A DNA stretch of 64,000 nt from Phallusia mammillata (GCA_965637545.1 OZ281496.1:3224001-3288000), one strand, 5' to 3'. Shown: positions 1 to 14,228, numbered from the stretch's first letter. Translations and numbers: made by a program. The notes: generated by a model from the letters alone, not told the origin.

Positions 1-1
1 A

Positions 2-660
2 TGCCGCAACTATGGCATATATGCTGCCACCTGCACAATATGCCAAAAGCAGTATGTCGGTCAAACAAAAAATAAGTTTTCAGTACGTTGGACGGGACAC
101 AGATCTATGTGGAATTCTTTCAAACCGGGTGATTATAACGAAAAGGCAGCCCTTTGTCAGCACTATGCCACAGAGCATAGCGCCAACGCCCGTGACCCTA
201 TCAGCACGTGTTTTCGGGTGCAGTTTTTGGAGCAGCCAACTATCCATCTACTGGACATCTATGAAAGTAAGTGGGCCAGCAAGATTGGAGCTGAAATAAA
301 CTTACAAAAAATGTTTTTACCCTACATTAAATAACATTTTATTTGTTTATTCCTACGCGCCTTTTGTCCGTTCATTTTTATCAGTGTTTCCGCCATTGGT
401 TTTTACAACGCTTCTTCCGTCCTTATCTACCTTCTTTTGCCCCGCGCCACAGATTGAGCGTTTTTCCTTTTCTTTCCATCTTTACTAGTGCGTGTTTGGC
501 CGCGCCATCTGCAGGTCCCAGTTCTACCTTACTGTCAGCAGTTTTTAATATGTTTTGTTTGTGCTTTATAGTTATACCTGCATACCATTTTTAGCGCTGT
601 TTTGTTTTTAGATACTGACGATGCCTATTACTTAGGCGAAATATATATGTCTAATAAAAC
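2..660 (+). mobile_element. 3' end of a Penelope-like retroelement (GIY-YIG endonuclease C-terminus plus 3' pLTR), cut by the window edge
   Basis: The frame 2-334 reads CRNYGIYAATCTICQKQYVGQTKNKFSVRWTGHRSMWN...ESKW, a GIY-YIG signature. A T-rich UTR follows and ends in a hammerhead motif. Confidence 0.85.
608..654 (+). ncRNA. Minimal type I hammerhead ribozyme (family 1)
   Basis: Stem I TTAGATA/TGTCTAA, core CTGACGA (615-621), stem II GCCTA/TAGGC, GAAA (638-641), palindromic ATATAT in place of stem III, predicted cleavage after UA at 647. Confidence 0.8.
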
Positions 661-808
661 GGTGGACGACTTCAGACTTGTCAAAGTTTTCAGTCTGTTT
701 CTAAAGACATGGTTTTAATGAAGTTTGTTATTTTGCTTTTAAAAACCCCGCGAGCACCTAAGGGAGTTAAAAACAGTGAGCTGTTTGTTAAACTTTTATA
801 TGTTTTAG

Positions 809-3024
809 ATTTGACGAAATTTTTGCAAAGAAAGCAGGAACGTTGGATGTCGCCCTAAATCTATTTAGCAACGAATACTTCAACGAGAGCTTGCCCAGAG
901 AAGTAACTGTACCCAACTACATTTTTGCTAAACTTAAACTTGATGAGATCTCTGCAGCCGATGATTACTTTATTGTCGTGGTGAATTGAAAATAAACTGC
1001 TTTTAGTGCAAGAAAGCATTGAATTTTTTGATTTAATATTCATTATTCTGGCATCTTTGGTCTAGTTTCCAATTTATACTTTAAAGTGGAATACCTTTTT
1101 GCACAGCTGGAAGCCTGTTGGGCGACACGCAATGAAAACTCCGATAGTTTGCCGAGTTACCAAATTGTACAAAGCGGGTAAGATATACTTGAATTACCTC
1201 AACACATGTTTTTCTTAGTTGCGAGCTGATTTGTTTAGTGATTAATTTTGTATCTGTATTTCACTATGATTAACCCAGCATCGAAACTATTAGATGCGTT
1301 GCGCCACCCAGTGGAGGAGAGGCTGCCGACGCGAAGACGTTGATACGAAATTACGAATCCAACTTTGCAACGTTCAAGCTGATGAGCTTTGGGTGGACAA
1401 ACTTTACCGACGCAGAACAATTTATCTACATCCACTGCGACGTGACCGTCTGTCATAATTCAACTGGACAATGCCCTGGACAGGTGACTTGATTAAAGTA
1501 GATTTTGGACTTGCAACAGAGAATAAAGTTTAGCAAAATAGTGTTGGTCGAAAAAAAAAGGTCAAGGAAAATGATATGTTTTTTTTTTCAGAACAAAATT
1601 CCTGAGTATTGCTCAAAAACAATCGAGATAGTATGTCTCTAAATAACTTAAGAATTTCTTTGGCGTTTATGTCCAGTTGTACCATTAAAAATATTAGTGT
1701 GGAATGGCTTTATATTCTGTTGCTTCCATACCAAAGTTTTCTAGGTTCGTTTGCCAATACGGTTTATTTCCTGTCACCAGTTGATTTTATGTGGCTAATC
1801 AGCAAAAAGGCTGTATGGTCCGGCGCGCCTGAATCATAACATAACCTTGATAGGAATTCGACCCCCATCCTATTTGGAATCCGAACCACAATAAAAATAC
1901 GAGGTTTACTGTGTGTAGCTTACATACAAATTTAAAAGTAATTTTAACCCTTTTATTTGGTTGGAGTGCGAGCAACGGTAAATATTCCGCCACAGGCTAC
2001 GCTGTCCTATGTTGAAATCGCTAGGGAGGCCGGCCCTTAATCGGCCTGAAGAACTATGATGTAAATATATGTGTGCCGTGATGGGCTTAATTCTGTATGA
2101 CGCCTTCAATAAAACTGGTGTACAATGAAATATCAATATTTGTATAATTCGTTTTGCAGTCTTGTTCTGGTAAGAAACGGCGATCTGTTGAAAACAATCG
2201 TCGCAATCAACTGCTTTCTGCAGGGCCAGTGCACATCATTCAAGGTATCGCTTTCCTACTTGGTAGGACAATGAGAAAAATTTAATTTCTATTCTAGATA
2301 ATATTGCTGATACACGTGCTTTTGCTAAACAAATTTGTAGTTCTAGCAAGCAAGTCGCACCTCTTGGGGCATAATAACATAAGTTTTCGAAATATTTTCT
2401 CGGTTTAATATACTGTGTCTTGGTGATTGATTAGTTAGATGTATATGTGATTAACTTGACTGGTAACATACCAACCGCACCTTTTATTCGATTTCCATAA
2501 GTTGTTATAAAAAAAAAGACTGTGACTAGCATTAAAGCACACATATAAAAGGAAAAAATACAATAAGTCAATCACCTTAAAATATATTTCACGGGTTCGA
2601 ATCCGATCACTAATTTTCTTTATCTTGTATATGTTATATGTTGGTTTAACAACCAGACTGATTGGATGAACGCTTGGAATCTTAACGTACACTGTGCTGT
2701 ATGAGTATAGCCAACACATGATCGTTTCGTGACAACACATGTCCGTTTCGTGACAACACATGTCCGTTTCGTGACAACATATGTCCGTTTCGTGACATCA
2801 ATCAGTAAACAGTTCTTTCCATATTATTTGCTATATTTGTTAAGCATGACTTTTTTGTTGCTTATAAACTTACAACAGGAGAAAGAAATGAAGCTTTAGA
2901 AGGAGCCGGCAACAGCTACCAACTTGTGATGTTTGTTCTGCTGGCTGTGATTGTTATTGGAACTGGTTACATCGTATGGGGCAAACTGACCCGGGATCGC
3001 AATGCGAGACAAAATCGCCAGTAG
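809..3024 (+). CDS. ZP-domain single-pass membrane protein, copy A (3' exons; the 5' part lies before the window)
   Basis: Phase-consistent exons 809-980, 1107-1177, 1294-1483, 2160-2244, 2879-3024. They encode ZP-C motifs (LEACWAT, IYIHCDVTVC), a furin site KKRRS, the hydrophobic patch GPVHI and a TM helix (LVMFVLLAVIVIGTGYIVW). No stop or frameshift is seen. Confidence 0.85.
2712..2797. repeat. 21-bp tandem repeat x4 (CAACACATGTCCGTTTCGTGA), intronic
   Basis: Four near-identical units are directly visible. Confidence 0.9.
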
Positions 3025-3961
3025 ATGAACTTTTTATTATTCTTAACATGGCATTGTTTGTATGCATGTAAAACTGTTTCTTTCTGAAGATAAAAGAAAT
3101 AACAAATTAAAGCTGTTTTTCATAAAGCTGTTTGTTAATTTAGTTAGCAAATAAATATTATGCATCATTTCACTTATTACATGCTTCATTCATAGCTGAC
3201 ATGAAATTACTTTGTCAAAGTATTGTTGTGTTTCTGTTTAACTGTTATATACTGTGCAATATAATCAGATGGGGTCAAAACTGTGTCCTTTGAATTAGTT
3301 GATATCATGAGTCAGAAAAAAACATTGTTAAATATTTTAGCGTGGTAGCCTGTGCTGAGCGAGGGTATATTGGATTTTCGCACAAACCAGGTTATACTGA
3401 TCTCTGTATTTTTCGTGTTTTTTGCAAAATGTTTTTCGTTTTGAAACACTATCTATTTATGCGCATTTTTTGGAAATGTAAAACCACTGGTGTGGCATAA
3501 TCTAGTGGCTTATTTGTTTATGCATTCATGCCAGTATCTAAGTCTCATTGTTTTCAGTTCCATGAACGCCAATCGCTGCAATCGCATAACCCACGCAACA
3601 ATCGTGACGTAACAAAGAGATAGCAAACAGTAAACAGGAAAGAAGGCGTTGATAACTGATCTTAACCATTGTCTTTGTACTGCCAAATGATTAGCAAAGA
3701 GAAGTTTATTGGTTGGGTGAAGTTTTTATACCTGGTTACAAACTTGCTTGGTTGGCGGTGAAAAGTTATTTGTAGCAGCGTAAACAGTTAATCCTTGCAC
3801 ATTTTCATTGAATCAAAATCATACAGCTCGTGTCATCGGTCATGCCAAGTTTTAAACGGTTTGTTTTGTGACGAGCGTCTGTTTCGTTTCAGTGCTATAT
3901 ATTTTGCAATTTGTACCTTGCTTTAATGAAAACAAGTATCATTGGCTGCTTTGCAAAAACT

Positions 3962-6900
3962 ATGGGTTCATGTTTTTCGAGAAACGTGACAGAAAACAAG
4001 AAAACATCAGGAAAAACAAACGAGTTTTGCCACAATGGTAAGTCTGTCATCGATCTGTGAGATTTTTCCGTCGTCCCAAAAATTAGCTGAGTAATGCCAG
4101 TTGTAACGCAGGTACCAGTTATATATAGTATATTTTATTGCAAGAATTCGTATGTGAGATCTATAAAAATTAGAGATTTTAAATGATGTGAGATTTTTTT
4201 ATGTCCCGTTTGCTGGACGAAATTGGCAATATTTTTTACCAGCTTACATGAACCGTTGTCAGTAAATACGATTATTCTCTTTTGCGTAGATACGATTAGA
4301 CGTCCACTCGCTTCAAAATTAGATTTAAAATCAAGCCTGCCAGGCGCCAACTATAGGCTTTCTTCCCACTAACACACAAAGTTCCAACAGTTTAATTGTA
4401 AACAAATCCCTTGCTGGCTTCAATTAGCAGAATGTAGTTACTTCAACGAGAACCGAATGGATAAACTGGCGGGCGGTTTTCAAGGGAAATATCAGGACAT
4501 AAACACAATAGAAAAAATGCCGGTCTAAACAATATAACACTCTTAACGAAGCTTTTGGACCAGGACTTTATAACAGTCATTCGTTGACGAGCTATCAAGT
4601 AACAAAGTACACTTTAGACCAGGCATATTGTTACAACAAAAGGTTTAACAATACAAGAAACTATTTGGAGGCATAATGTTAACAAAGATACCCAAGCAAA
4701 TAAAACAACACTTTCCAAAACAAAACAACTTGGTCACGAATTACAGGCAGGCTTTTTGTGCACAGCAATAAGAAACAGGTTACATACGATTTAACGACAT
4801 AGTTTACTAATTTTCCTGAAAAACAAACGACATTAGTTTCCTAGACACACGAAACGAACTACCGACGTTTTCAACAAACTTGTCGATGCGCGAAATTATC
4901 CAAATGATAAGGCGCTGTTTATACCTACATTTACAATTTGGGGAGACAGTAGACAAAACAGTCATTTGTAACAAATATAATATTATAGTTGGTCACAGTA
5001 CGCCTTCAATAGGCCTGGCGTACTGTGATTTATATCTGCGTGCGCCGTGATCGCTGGTCTGCATAGACGCTTCAGGGCTGATCCCAGTAATGAATTCATG
5101 TTCATCTTAACTGATTATAGTTGGTATTGCCATTTTTTACATGGTCAGATACATTCAACGTCTAATGGTGTTAATGTGATTCCTTTTTGTACAATTTGTT
5201 ATTTTATTTTTATGTTTAATTAAAATGTGTTTTTCTTATGTTTGACAAATACGGTTAAGACCTGTTTTTGTTTAATTTAGTTAAGAAAAAAACGATAGGA
5301 ATAAATTTGAAGAAAGAAACAGGGTTTCCCCCAACACTTTCTACAATTCCTACACGTGAAAATGATGGTTATGACGTGAGTAGAGTGAAAAGAATGTTCA
5401 TGGTTTAGGCCCTCACATACTGGACCTTTAAAAATGATCCTGTCATCAATTCTTAAATAGAAATAACCATCAAAATACACATCTTGTTAGCACAATTTTA
5501 TTTGCTATAGGAATCTAAATTTGATTTTCAGTATATAACGTCCTCGCCATTATCAGGGGTTTCTAGTTTCAATTAATATTAGCAAAAAGTCTGACCCTCA
5601 TTGTTTTATTTTGGGTAAGGATGAGTCTCTTCCACCATCACAATCATCACAGAAACCTGTTTCGTATGTAAAATAATTAATTTGACGGAGTTTCATGTAG
5701 TATTCTTACATTGATCAACAAGTAAATCATCCACTTTAGCGTGAGTAAAATGGATAATAAATAAGGTGTGAAATCGAACATAATTAATATGATCCAAATA
5801 TAATTAACCAATAAAATACGAAATTGCGCAATTTTATAACATCTCTGTCATGCCAATTTTGTAGTGGACCACTAAATCAATCCGGCAAACCTAATGTTGA
5901 GAAACATATTCGACAAAATAACAGATAGCTGAAATTAAGTGGGCTTTGTATTTTGAATGTATGTTCATGTTCAACCAAATTAACCGTAAAAAAATCCCTA
6001 TTAAATTCTACAAAAACTCCTAAGAAGAAAACGTTGTAATAAATGCCCTAACGCCGTGACATGTTGTTTTCAGACGAGGGGTCAGCCACGTAGGAAGGTA
6101 AGTAAAAAATACATTCTGTTTTTAAACATGCAATACTGTTGAGAGAAAGTGTCAATTTTAAAGACGAATATGACAAAAAAATATGATTGGGACTAATAAC
6201 CTCCGGTAAATGTTTGTTGTGTAATTGGTGACCAGTTTTATATCTACTGAACGCTACAAACCAACAACAAACAAAAAGTTATAATAACTGCGTTAACAGG
6301 GCATTTTGTTCCTTTCAGGAGATAGAGTTGGAATCTGGAGTTGAGGTAAGTAAAAACATTACGTCCTGCGGTAAAAAAATGTATGTCTGTTGAGAGATAA
6401 CTTAAAATACGAGACGATTTTGCTTGCCTTTAATCTGCATTGCTTGCAACATCCTCTAATATTAACCATGCTAAAACTATGAAATAAAGACAACGGCATG
6501 CAGTCTCGAGAACAAAATGCTATAAACAAACGGTATTACGATTCAATGTTAATAAGATACAAATCGTAAAACAACTAATATTTAACTGAGTTTACCAACA
6601 ATATTTACGCTATACTTTAAAGCACAAATAAGTATAATAAACTGAAACAAGATATGTCTAAAATTTTATATGTAAGTGTGTCACAATCAATATATCAAAC
6701 TAGTAAACAGAAAACGATTTATTTGATTTCATCCTAGCATTCTCCAGTTATTTAATTATGACGCAGCATAGTTAAATTTGCTCTTAAAAGCGCTTGATAA
6801 AAAAGCTGTAAACATGCAAGCATCCTGGGTAAAACCTGCTACAAAATACCAAATGAAATGAAACCAATTTGTACCTTGCTTTTGTCTTTAGTACGGAGAC

Positions 6901-7428
6901 ATTGACAACATTATTTTCGTCACAAAGGTAAACATTGATAAATTATTTCGCTGAACTTTTGATTTCAAACTTTGGGAACGCCCTGTAACGAAAGTTGCAA
7001 CTCGAACATTCAATGATTTAATTTTGATTGGAGTAAATCTGATAAAATGACAAAAATTAAAAACAAGAAACACTAACTCGAAGCTTTTTGCACTTAATGC
7101 ACAATAAACAATAATAAGAATCAAAAAATCAACTCAATAAGTTTTCTTTAGTCTCTAAACTGGTCTCAATTGGAACAAAATCTTCCAATCAATCGACCAC
7201 CACAAAATCCAGGTAAGAAATTTTCGTTTTGAATTTTCTGTCTGTTCAGTTAAAACACACTTTGTTGTGTAACAAAACAAAACGCTCCATTTGTCAGCTC
7301 GAGTTGCATTTGACAATTTCGATCCCAATGGATACCCAGCAGAAGAAGCAGCACAAATGGATGGCGATGAGGGTCGAAATCCGGACAACCAGATGCAACC
7401 AGAACAAAATCAGCCTCATAACAACTAA
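3962..7428 (+). CDS. Orphan micro-exon gene, copy D1 (model ~137 aa, disordered, N-terminal MGSCFS)
   Basis: Model exons 3962-4037, 5281-5375, 6074-6097, 6319-6345, 7152-7212, 7298-7428 are all GT-AG with compatible phases (1,0,0,0,1). The last exon, ARVAFDNFDPNGYPAEEAAQMDGDEGRNPDNQMQPEQNQPHNN*, has four paralogs in the window. The last two exons are well supported; the first four are a model. Confidence 0.6.
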
Positions 7429-8754
7429 TACTTGGTTTATTATACGTCAAAATCAATTAATGGTTTGGCAAAAATAAACATGCTAATGGTATCTTTGTCT
7501 GTACTTAACAATACAACATGTCAACAAACCTAAAGTAGCTTGGCGCCCCATCTAAACAATAAAAAATGCCCTTCCAAGCATTCCTCTAGGAGATTTGGCC
7601 ATGGAGCACCTTTCGCACTTGTACCTTGCAAATCTGCTATTAAAAACCGCCTTACAATTTTATAAACTGAAAGTGTTCTTATTTGACTGAGAGCTCAGCC
7701 ACTTAAGTGGTCCAAAGTATAGCGGTCCAAGTAACGTAAATCAACCATTTACAACTTGATGAATAAAGATGTAATAACAGAAGGGACTATAAAACAAGTG
7801 TTACGTTTAAGTCTAAATAAAGAACTTTGTTCAATGTCCTTAGAAATATTCTGTATAAGTGTTTGTTATTTAAGTATTTGTCAAAACTGAAACAACCGCC
7901 TAATACAGATACACTAGGTGGGGACATTAATTCGCCCATCAATTCGATTTTGACAGAATGTAGAAACCGTACTTGGTCATCATAAGAAACATTTTGAATT
8001 AGCAAACCAAATCCTCAAATAATCTTGATTAAGACTTTTTTGGTTTTTATGGCATATTACGATAAAACCTCAAAATCCGAAATTTGTAAATTCTGTTTAC
8101 TTTTTACTAAAATAAAACTGCATTACACGACCATTTTAAATATTTTACCAATGAACGTTTTGACTATAACAAATGTTTTGACTATAAAACTTCACTCTGC
8201 TTGTGACTGTATTTACTAAACTTTTATTTCAGTTTTATCTGGTGGTTCTCATTAATTGTGCAAATTTAGGAATTGTTTTCGAAAACAGTTTGTTTCGACT
8301 TGTCAGCTTAACCCCTCCCAGAAAAGATAAATTGTGTAACAAGCAAATTTCTGCTAATTGCTAACAATGTTTCAAACTTCGTAATACTTCTAATCACAAT
8401 TTAATTAGGAGACACATGCTACTCTAAACTGGTTAAGCCAAACGTGCCAAACACAGTTTGTAACTTTGGTGGTCATATAACCAACACATACACAGTATAA
8501 ATTACATCCGATTATATTGTTCTACAATCACAGAAACAAAAAAAAAACGCTTTGACAATGTATTTCTCTGACAACAATAAAGCAGTAAATATTGCATGTA
8601 CTATAATGCCTAGTTTTAAAACCTCTAGCAAACTTATCAACGAACTTAAGAATAAATAGCTGCCTAGTTTGTTGTTTTGGAGAAAATTTTAAGTGTGTTA
8701 ATGTCGTGAGACACAATACAATGTTATTTGTGAAAAGTTATTGTGAAATGTTAT

Positions 8755-11700
8755 CTACAGACCAAATTGTTTAGATTTTACATCTTGGGCAATTTTGCCC
8801 CATACGAGGTAACCTGCTCCGATAATTACAGCAGCCAGAAGAACAAACATCCCAAGTTGTAAGATGTTGTCAGCTGCTTCATTCACTTCACCTCTGTCTC
8901 CTGGAGTGTCTGCGATAAAAAGATAGTTTAACTTAGATAAACATATATGCATGGGAAAGCATTTGCTACTGGAACTAAAGATTAAAACTTCATAAAGACT
9001 AAAAATAATGCCACTCTTATGTATACTTCGAAGTGGGCCAAGTTTGCAAAAGAGTTAAAGCTGAATCGAGATTCTCAATACACTTCAGATTATAAAGAAT
9101 CAGTTGATGGTGGGATTCGAACTCACCGCTTACCATTATTCAGTATTAAGTGTTTCTTTTTTAAAGTAACTTTTAATTTTAAAGTTTGCTGGTTATGACG
9201 GTGTGGAGTATGTTTCTTGTACAAAACTTCAAAAAAACGAAAAAAAGCTTTATTGGTCAAGCCATGCATGAGTTTGCCAAAATGGCCGAGTGGTAAGTAC
9301 AACCGACTTGTGTTTAATAGCATGTGGGTTCTAATCCTGTCTCGACAGTTTGCATTTTTTTCTGGGCAAAAAACCTAAGTGGCATTGCTCAAACCTAGTG
9401 AAACCCAACGGATTGCACTACATTAAAGCCCCCTGCGCTATGTCAACGGTGGACTCAATGTGAGTTAACGCATTCAGGCTTTGCCGGCCCATCAAGTTTT
9501 GAAACAAACAAACAAATTCACATCAAGGCGCAGTAATTTTAGACAAAGAAACAAGCGAGATGTTTGATAATTGAGATCTAATATAGCTTAAGTAAATCTG
9601 TTTCTGCGGGTTTTAGTTGATAAATACAATAATTTGAGCAGTTGAAACATAGGCAACTGCAGTATTTTGTCCTGAACTAAGTTAATATGTAGAAAAGAAG
9701 AGTTTGAATATTGTGTTGGTACCTTGCACAAGCAAATACTTGGTTGTTTGTAAGATGTGCACTGGCCCTGCAGAAAGTCGCTGGCTGCGTCCATTGTTGT
9801 CATCAGATCGTCTTTTTCTTCCACCACACATCTGCAAATAAGTTTAATATTAACAATTTTCTTCATAAATAAATCAAAAACTTAAATAGATCCAGAAAAA
9901 AAAACTCAGGCATATCGTGTTTTTCTTTGATTATTTCAACTAAAGCAAACTTATTGAAAAATAAACAAAATAAATATAACCCACCCTACTTGCAATGACG
10001 CAAGCAGCTCGACGGCGGACTTATTGTGAGCATAACACAACAAACAAACTCAACTCACCTGTCCAGGGCATTGTCCAGTTGAGTTTTGACAGACGGTCAC
10101 GTCGCAGTGGATGTAGATAATTTGTTCTGCGTCGGTAAAGTTTGTCCACACAAAGCTCATCAGCTTGAATGTTGCAAAGTTGGATTTGTAATTACGCATC
10201 AACATTTGTGCGTCGGCAGCTTCGCCTCCTCTGGGTGGCGCAATACACCTAGTAATATTCACATAAATGTTGGCAAGTTGAAATAGAATGCACCGTTCAA
10301 TTTTGTGAAAAGTAAGAGCACCCACTACAAATCAAATACTTCTAATTCTTGCCCGCTTTGTACAACAGGGTAGTTCGGCAAACCACTGGAGTTTTCAACG
10401 CGTGTTGCCCAACATTCTTTGAGCTGTATACAAAATTGTAATAAAATATTTGTACAAACTCTATAGCACCCAAAGGCTGCTTGAACTTGGTGTGTTTGAC
10501 AATTTTACAGTTAAGTAAAAAAATAACCCTTAGAAAGTTTGGTTTGAAAGAATAGATTATACACAAGGTAATACAACGTGTGTAAGTTGGATTTACTATA
10601 AAACAATAACTCCCATTTATCAACCTTTGTTACTTCAATGCATTTGTTTTTACCTGGACAATAAAGTCATCGTTGCTTGGAGAAACTTCATCTAGTTTGA
10701 CTTCAGCAAAAATGTCGTTGGGCACAGTGACTTCCCCGGGCAAGCTTTTGTTTAAGTGGTCATTGGAAAAGAGATTTAGAGAAACGTGAAAGTTTCCTGT
10801 ATTCTTAGTCGAAATTTCTACGGATCTGCAATTTGTTTAATGATGAATATAACTCCCCATTTGGACGTAAAACGCTCATGCCATAAATGGTCATGCCGTC
10901 ATTGCCGAAACGTTTAATCAAAAAAGCATGTCGATTTTCGCTTCTATTTGGGCGTCTGTGTAGATTCATGTATAGCGTTACTAAAGAAAACAAGACAGTT
11001 TTTCACAGATGTTTTTAAACTGTAGTTACATTTGCTTCTCTCATTGGCTACTGTTCCCAGATTTTGGGCCGGTAGTGATGATAAACTAACTTTCAAAACT
11101 AAAACAATTGCCAACTGTGACAAAAAAGTTGCTTTCATGTGTCACGTGTCGTATGGCATGTGCAATGTGATCTTGTGGTCTCCTTACCCGAATTGTGGTT
11201 GGACAATGGATGACGATAGCAGTAGTTCCGCGTCAAATACACAAGTGACATTGAGTTTGTTTTGAACGTCGCGTCGGATCACGGCAGGGGATGGAGCCAG
11301 GAATCACCAGATAAGAAAAGACACCGACACCATTTCGTTTTCATTCTGTTTATAAATCAACAATTTTTTTTTAAATGGTAGCAATAAAGTTTATAGCAAT
11401 AAAATAGATCAAAATATACTGTAATTACCAGGGCTAGTTTTTGGTGCACTAAAATCGTGAGAAAGTTGCACCTAATTTTAACAAAAGTTGGAGTAAAAAA
11501 AACCAGTCAATCAACACTGCACTATAAAAACAAGTGTCCTAACTGACAACTAGCACTCTAGCCTCATTCAATCAGTCTCGGAAGCATTATTGCGCAACAA
11601 TCTCTCTTCAGTCTTCACTCACGCACGAGAAATAAAAAGGCGAACAGAGAGAGTAACAGCTGTCATACTGTACTATTACTGCGCCCCTAAAAGCTGACTG

Positions 11701-14228
11701 GTAGATTTTAATTAGGCTAAGATTCAAAGTTCAAAATACTAAGGAGTGAAAATGACTAGCTGGCCGCAGGTTGGACATTCCTGCCGTAGACTGTCATCTC
11801 AACAGATATCAAGGTTATCGCTTCTTGCTTGCAAAAAAAAAACTTTGTAAACACACAGTTTAACTAACTAAGCTATATCAACAAAACTTGACCTCGAAAG
11901 ACTAGACACAACCTGTTTTCGTTTGTGCGGGCTTGGCCAAAACCAAGTCATACTTTCACTTCTAATTTATTTCAGGCATTGTCGTGCTTGGCTGGGGTTG
12001 TTAAACTTCTAGCTTGCAAGCAAACTGTTGCGTCATAGATAACATTGAGATGCAGCTAGTCCATCTCATAGCACAAATCACTCCTTTACATTTTGCGCAA
12101 TACTGGATAAAAGTTGCATGAAAATTAGAAAAAAGTTGCAAAAAAATGCAACATAAAATTCCTACAAACAGCTTATAACATCATACTACATAAATTCTGA
12201 GAATTTAGGAAGTTGCCGGAAGCTGTACAAAAAATTGCAAAAGTTAAAATTTACCCTAGTAAATACTGTCGACGAAATAAGTATGTTTTGATACATGGTA
12301 ATATCTGTCTGTGTAATTTTACTAAAAAATGCATCTAAATGAAATGTTTGGTAAAAAATGGTAACAAATCTGTAGCATTTTACCTTATAGAGGCCTTCGC
12401 ATTGGTCAATGTCAAACACGAACACCGGATCTTAACCCGTGACCTTGCAGTTGTCATTGAGTTGAGAAAGAGGAGTTTCCCTGTCCAATGCGATGTAAAG
12501 TGTGTCACCGAGTTCGTAGTCTAATGTGTTCTGTTGATCAGCTGTTAATCTGTGAATATTGACTTTATAAGTTTTCCTAAACAATGTAAGTTCTCTTGAT
12601 GCACTATCGACAAAAATAACCTGCCCATAACATAAACTACACCTGTTTGACATTTAGACCCTGGGCTGCTGTTGTTTTTACTTCGCGTAATTGTTTCGTG
12701 AACGACCCAATTGCTCAATACCGATCGCCAAGTCGGAAACAGCTGCGCAACGGATAAATAGTACATAGCGAAAAACAATAGGAGTGCAATTGGTAGACTA
12801 TGATTAAACGCGCTGCAGCTACATCCTATTATAGCGCGGTATGTCAATAGATTTAATATAAATGCGTTTTGTTTAGTGTGCAATATAAAGAATTCAAATT
12901 ACTCATTTGAAACATTTTTCTCCATTTTTTTACCTACGGTGCCTACATTTTTTTACAAATTATGTTAATTTTGAGCACAATTTTTGGTGCATTACGTTTA
13001 GGAAGAAGCCACCATTACAAAAAAATAAACAATAAAGTTAGACCGGTTAATGTTATTGCAAAAAGAGTTAAACACCTTAGTTTTATACTTGCAACGTCGA
13101 ATAGATGCGAACAGATACCGTAACTAAAATGCTCTAAACATGAAAAAGTTCAGATAACACTTAAATTGTTATATATCTCTTAAGGTTTAATGTTACCACA
13201 AACAAACTAAACAAAGACAAACTTACGTGATAGTTAAACCTTCGGTCCGGCACATAGTCATCGATTGTTGCATTCCTACAAAAACTCTTAGTTTACTAAT
13301 AGGTAATAAGTTCACACTTGAGCACCAACGTAACAGCGCTTTGCTGCAGTTGTATAGATTCTACTTAGGTTCGGCACAGAACATCATGCATCTGGTTCCT
13401 AATAAACATATTGTCGTTGCATATGAAAAAGTACCTAGTGGATTTTATTTGACATTGGTCTTTCATACGTCAATTTACCGCATATTATTACATAACTAAT
13501 TATAAATCCCCTAAGCTAAATAGGATTTAAATTAATTTTTACAACCATTTTCATCAGCAAAAAAATAGAATTTAAATTACCTGCTTCAAGGTTAACTGTC
13601 GCACTAAATCCAATCCTTTGCCCGGCTCCATCGCTGACAAAAACAAGAGTAAGACTTCTTGTTGTAACTGAATGATCCAGCATGCAATCCAGTCAGTCGT
13701 TGCACATTACCTTTATCGTCCTTGAACTGAAAATCATGTCTTGTTTGCACTAAGGTGAATACAAGTAAGGAAGTGTATGCTGGTTTAAATAAACGTTTGA
13801 CGTAAGCTCAGGCTTTTTGAGTTTTATGTTTTGAACAAAACGGGCTTGATTCGAATCTGACTTTAAACTTCCCAATCTGCGGCCAAAATTCAGACTTGTT
13901 AAAAAAATTGGGTTTGGCCCATTGCTATGTTCTTCAGGAGGATTTAAGCGAAAAAAACAAACAATAATTATTGTAAATTATAATAAATATTTTAATGACT
14001 TACGTATAGAAAGTCAATATCACCCTCGGTGTAATAAAAGGAAAACTGAATTTAAAATTAAACAACCAAGTCTATGATTTTTGTAGATTTTGTGTGCCGT
14101 CACTCAGACAAGTTCGTTTCGAATTGCTATGTTTTGTTGCGTTTGATGCGTGCAAAAAATTACTCACCGCGATGTAATACACTCATGCAGCAGAAGGAAA
14201 ACGCGAACTTTAACAGACGAACTGACAT
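8755..14228 (-). pseudogene. CUB+ZP membrane protein, copy B, disrupted
   Basis: Exons in gene order: 14168-14228 (putative signal peptide), degraded CUB exon ending at 14004, 13581-13726, 12384-12549, 11188-11345, 10654-10825, 10353-10423, 10059-10248, 9723-9831, 8755-8909. Three exons match copy A lengths (172, 71, 190 nt). Lesions: 8-nt deletion in the second CUB exon relative to copy C, TAA at 12432-12434, TGA at 11304-11306. Confidence 0.85.
9276..9516 (+). mobile_element. tRNA-derived SINE in an intron of ZP copy B
   Basis: A-box TGGCCGAGTGG (9283-9293), B-box-like GGTTCTAATCC (9327-9337), unrelated body and (AAAC)n tail ending near 9516. Confidence 0.65.

Noticed and set aside
9276-9350. 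Functional tRNA gene (also considered at 48070-48128)
   Set aside because: Pol III box-like motifs only; neither folds a complete cloverleaf.
11304-11306. In-frame TGA in ZP copy B as selenocysteine
   Set aside because: The aligned codon in copy C is AGA (Arg), and the same gene also has a TAA and a frameshift.
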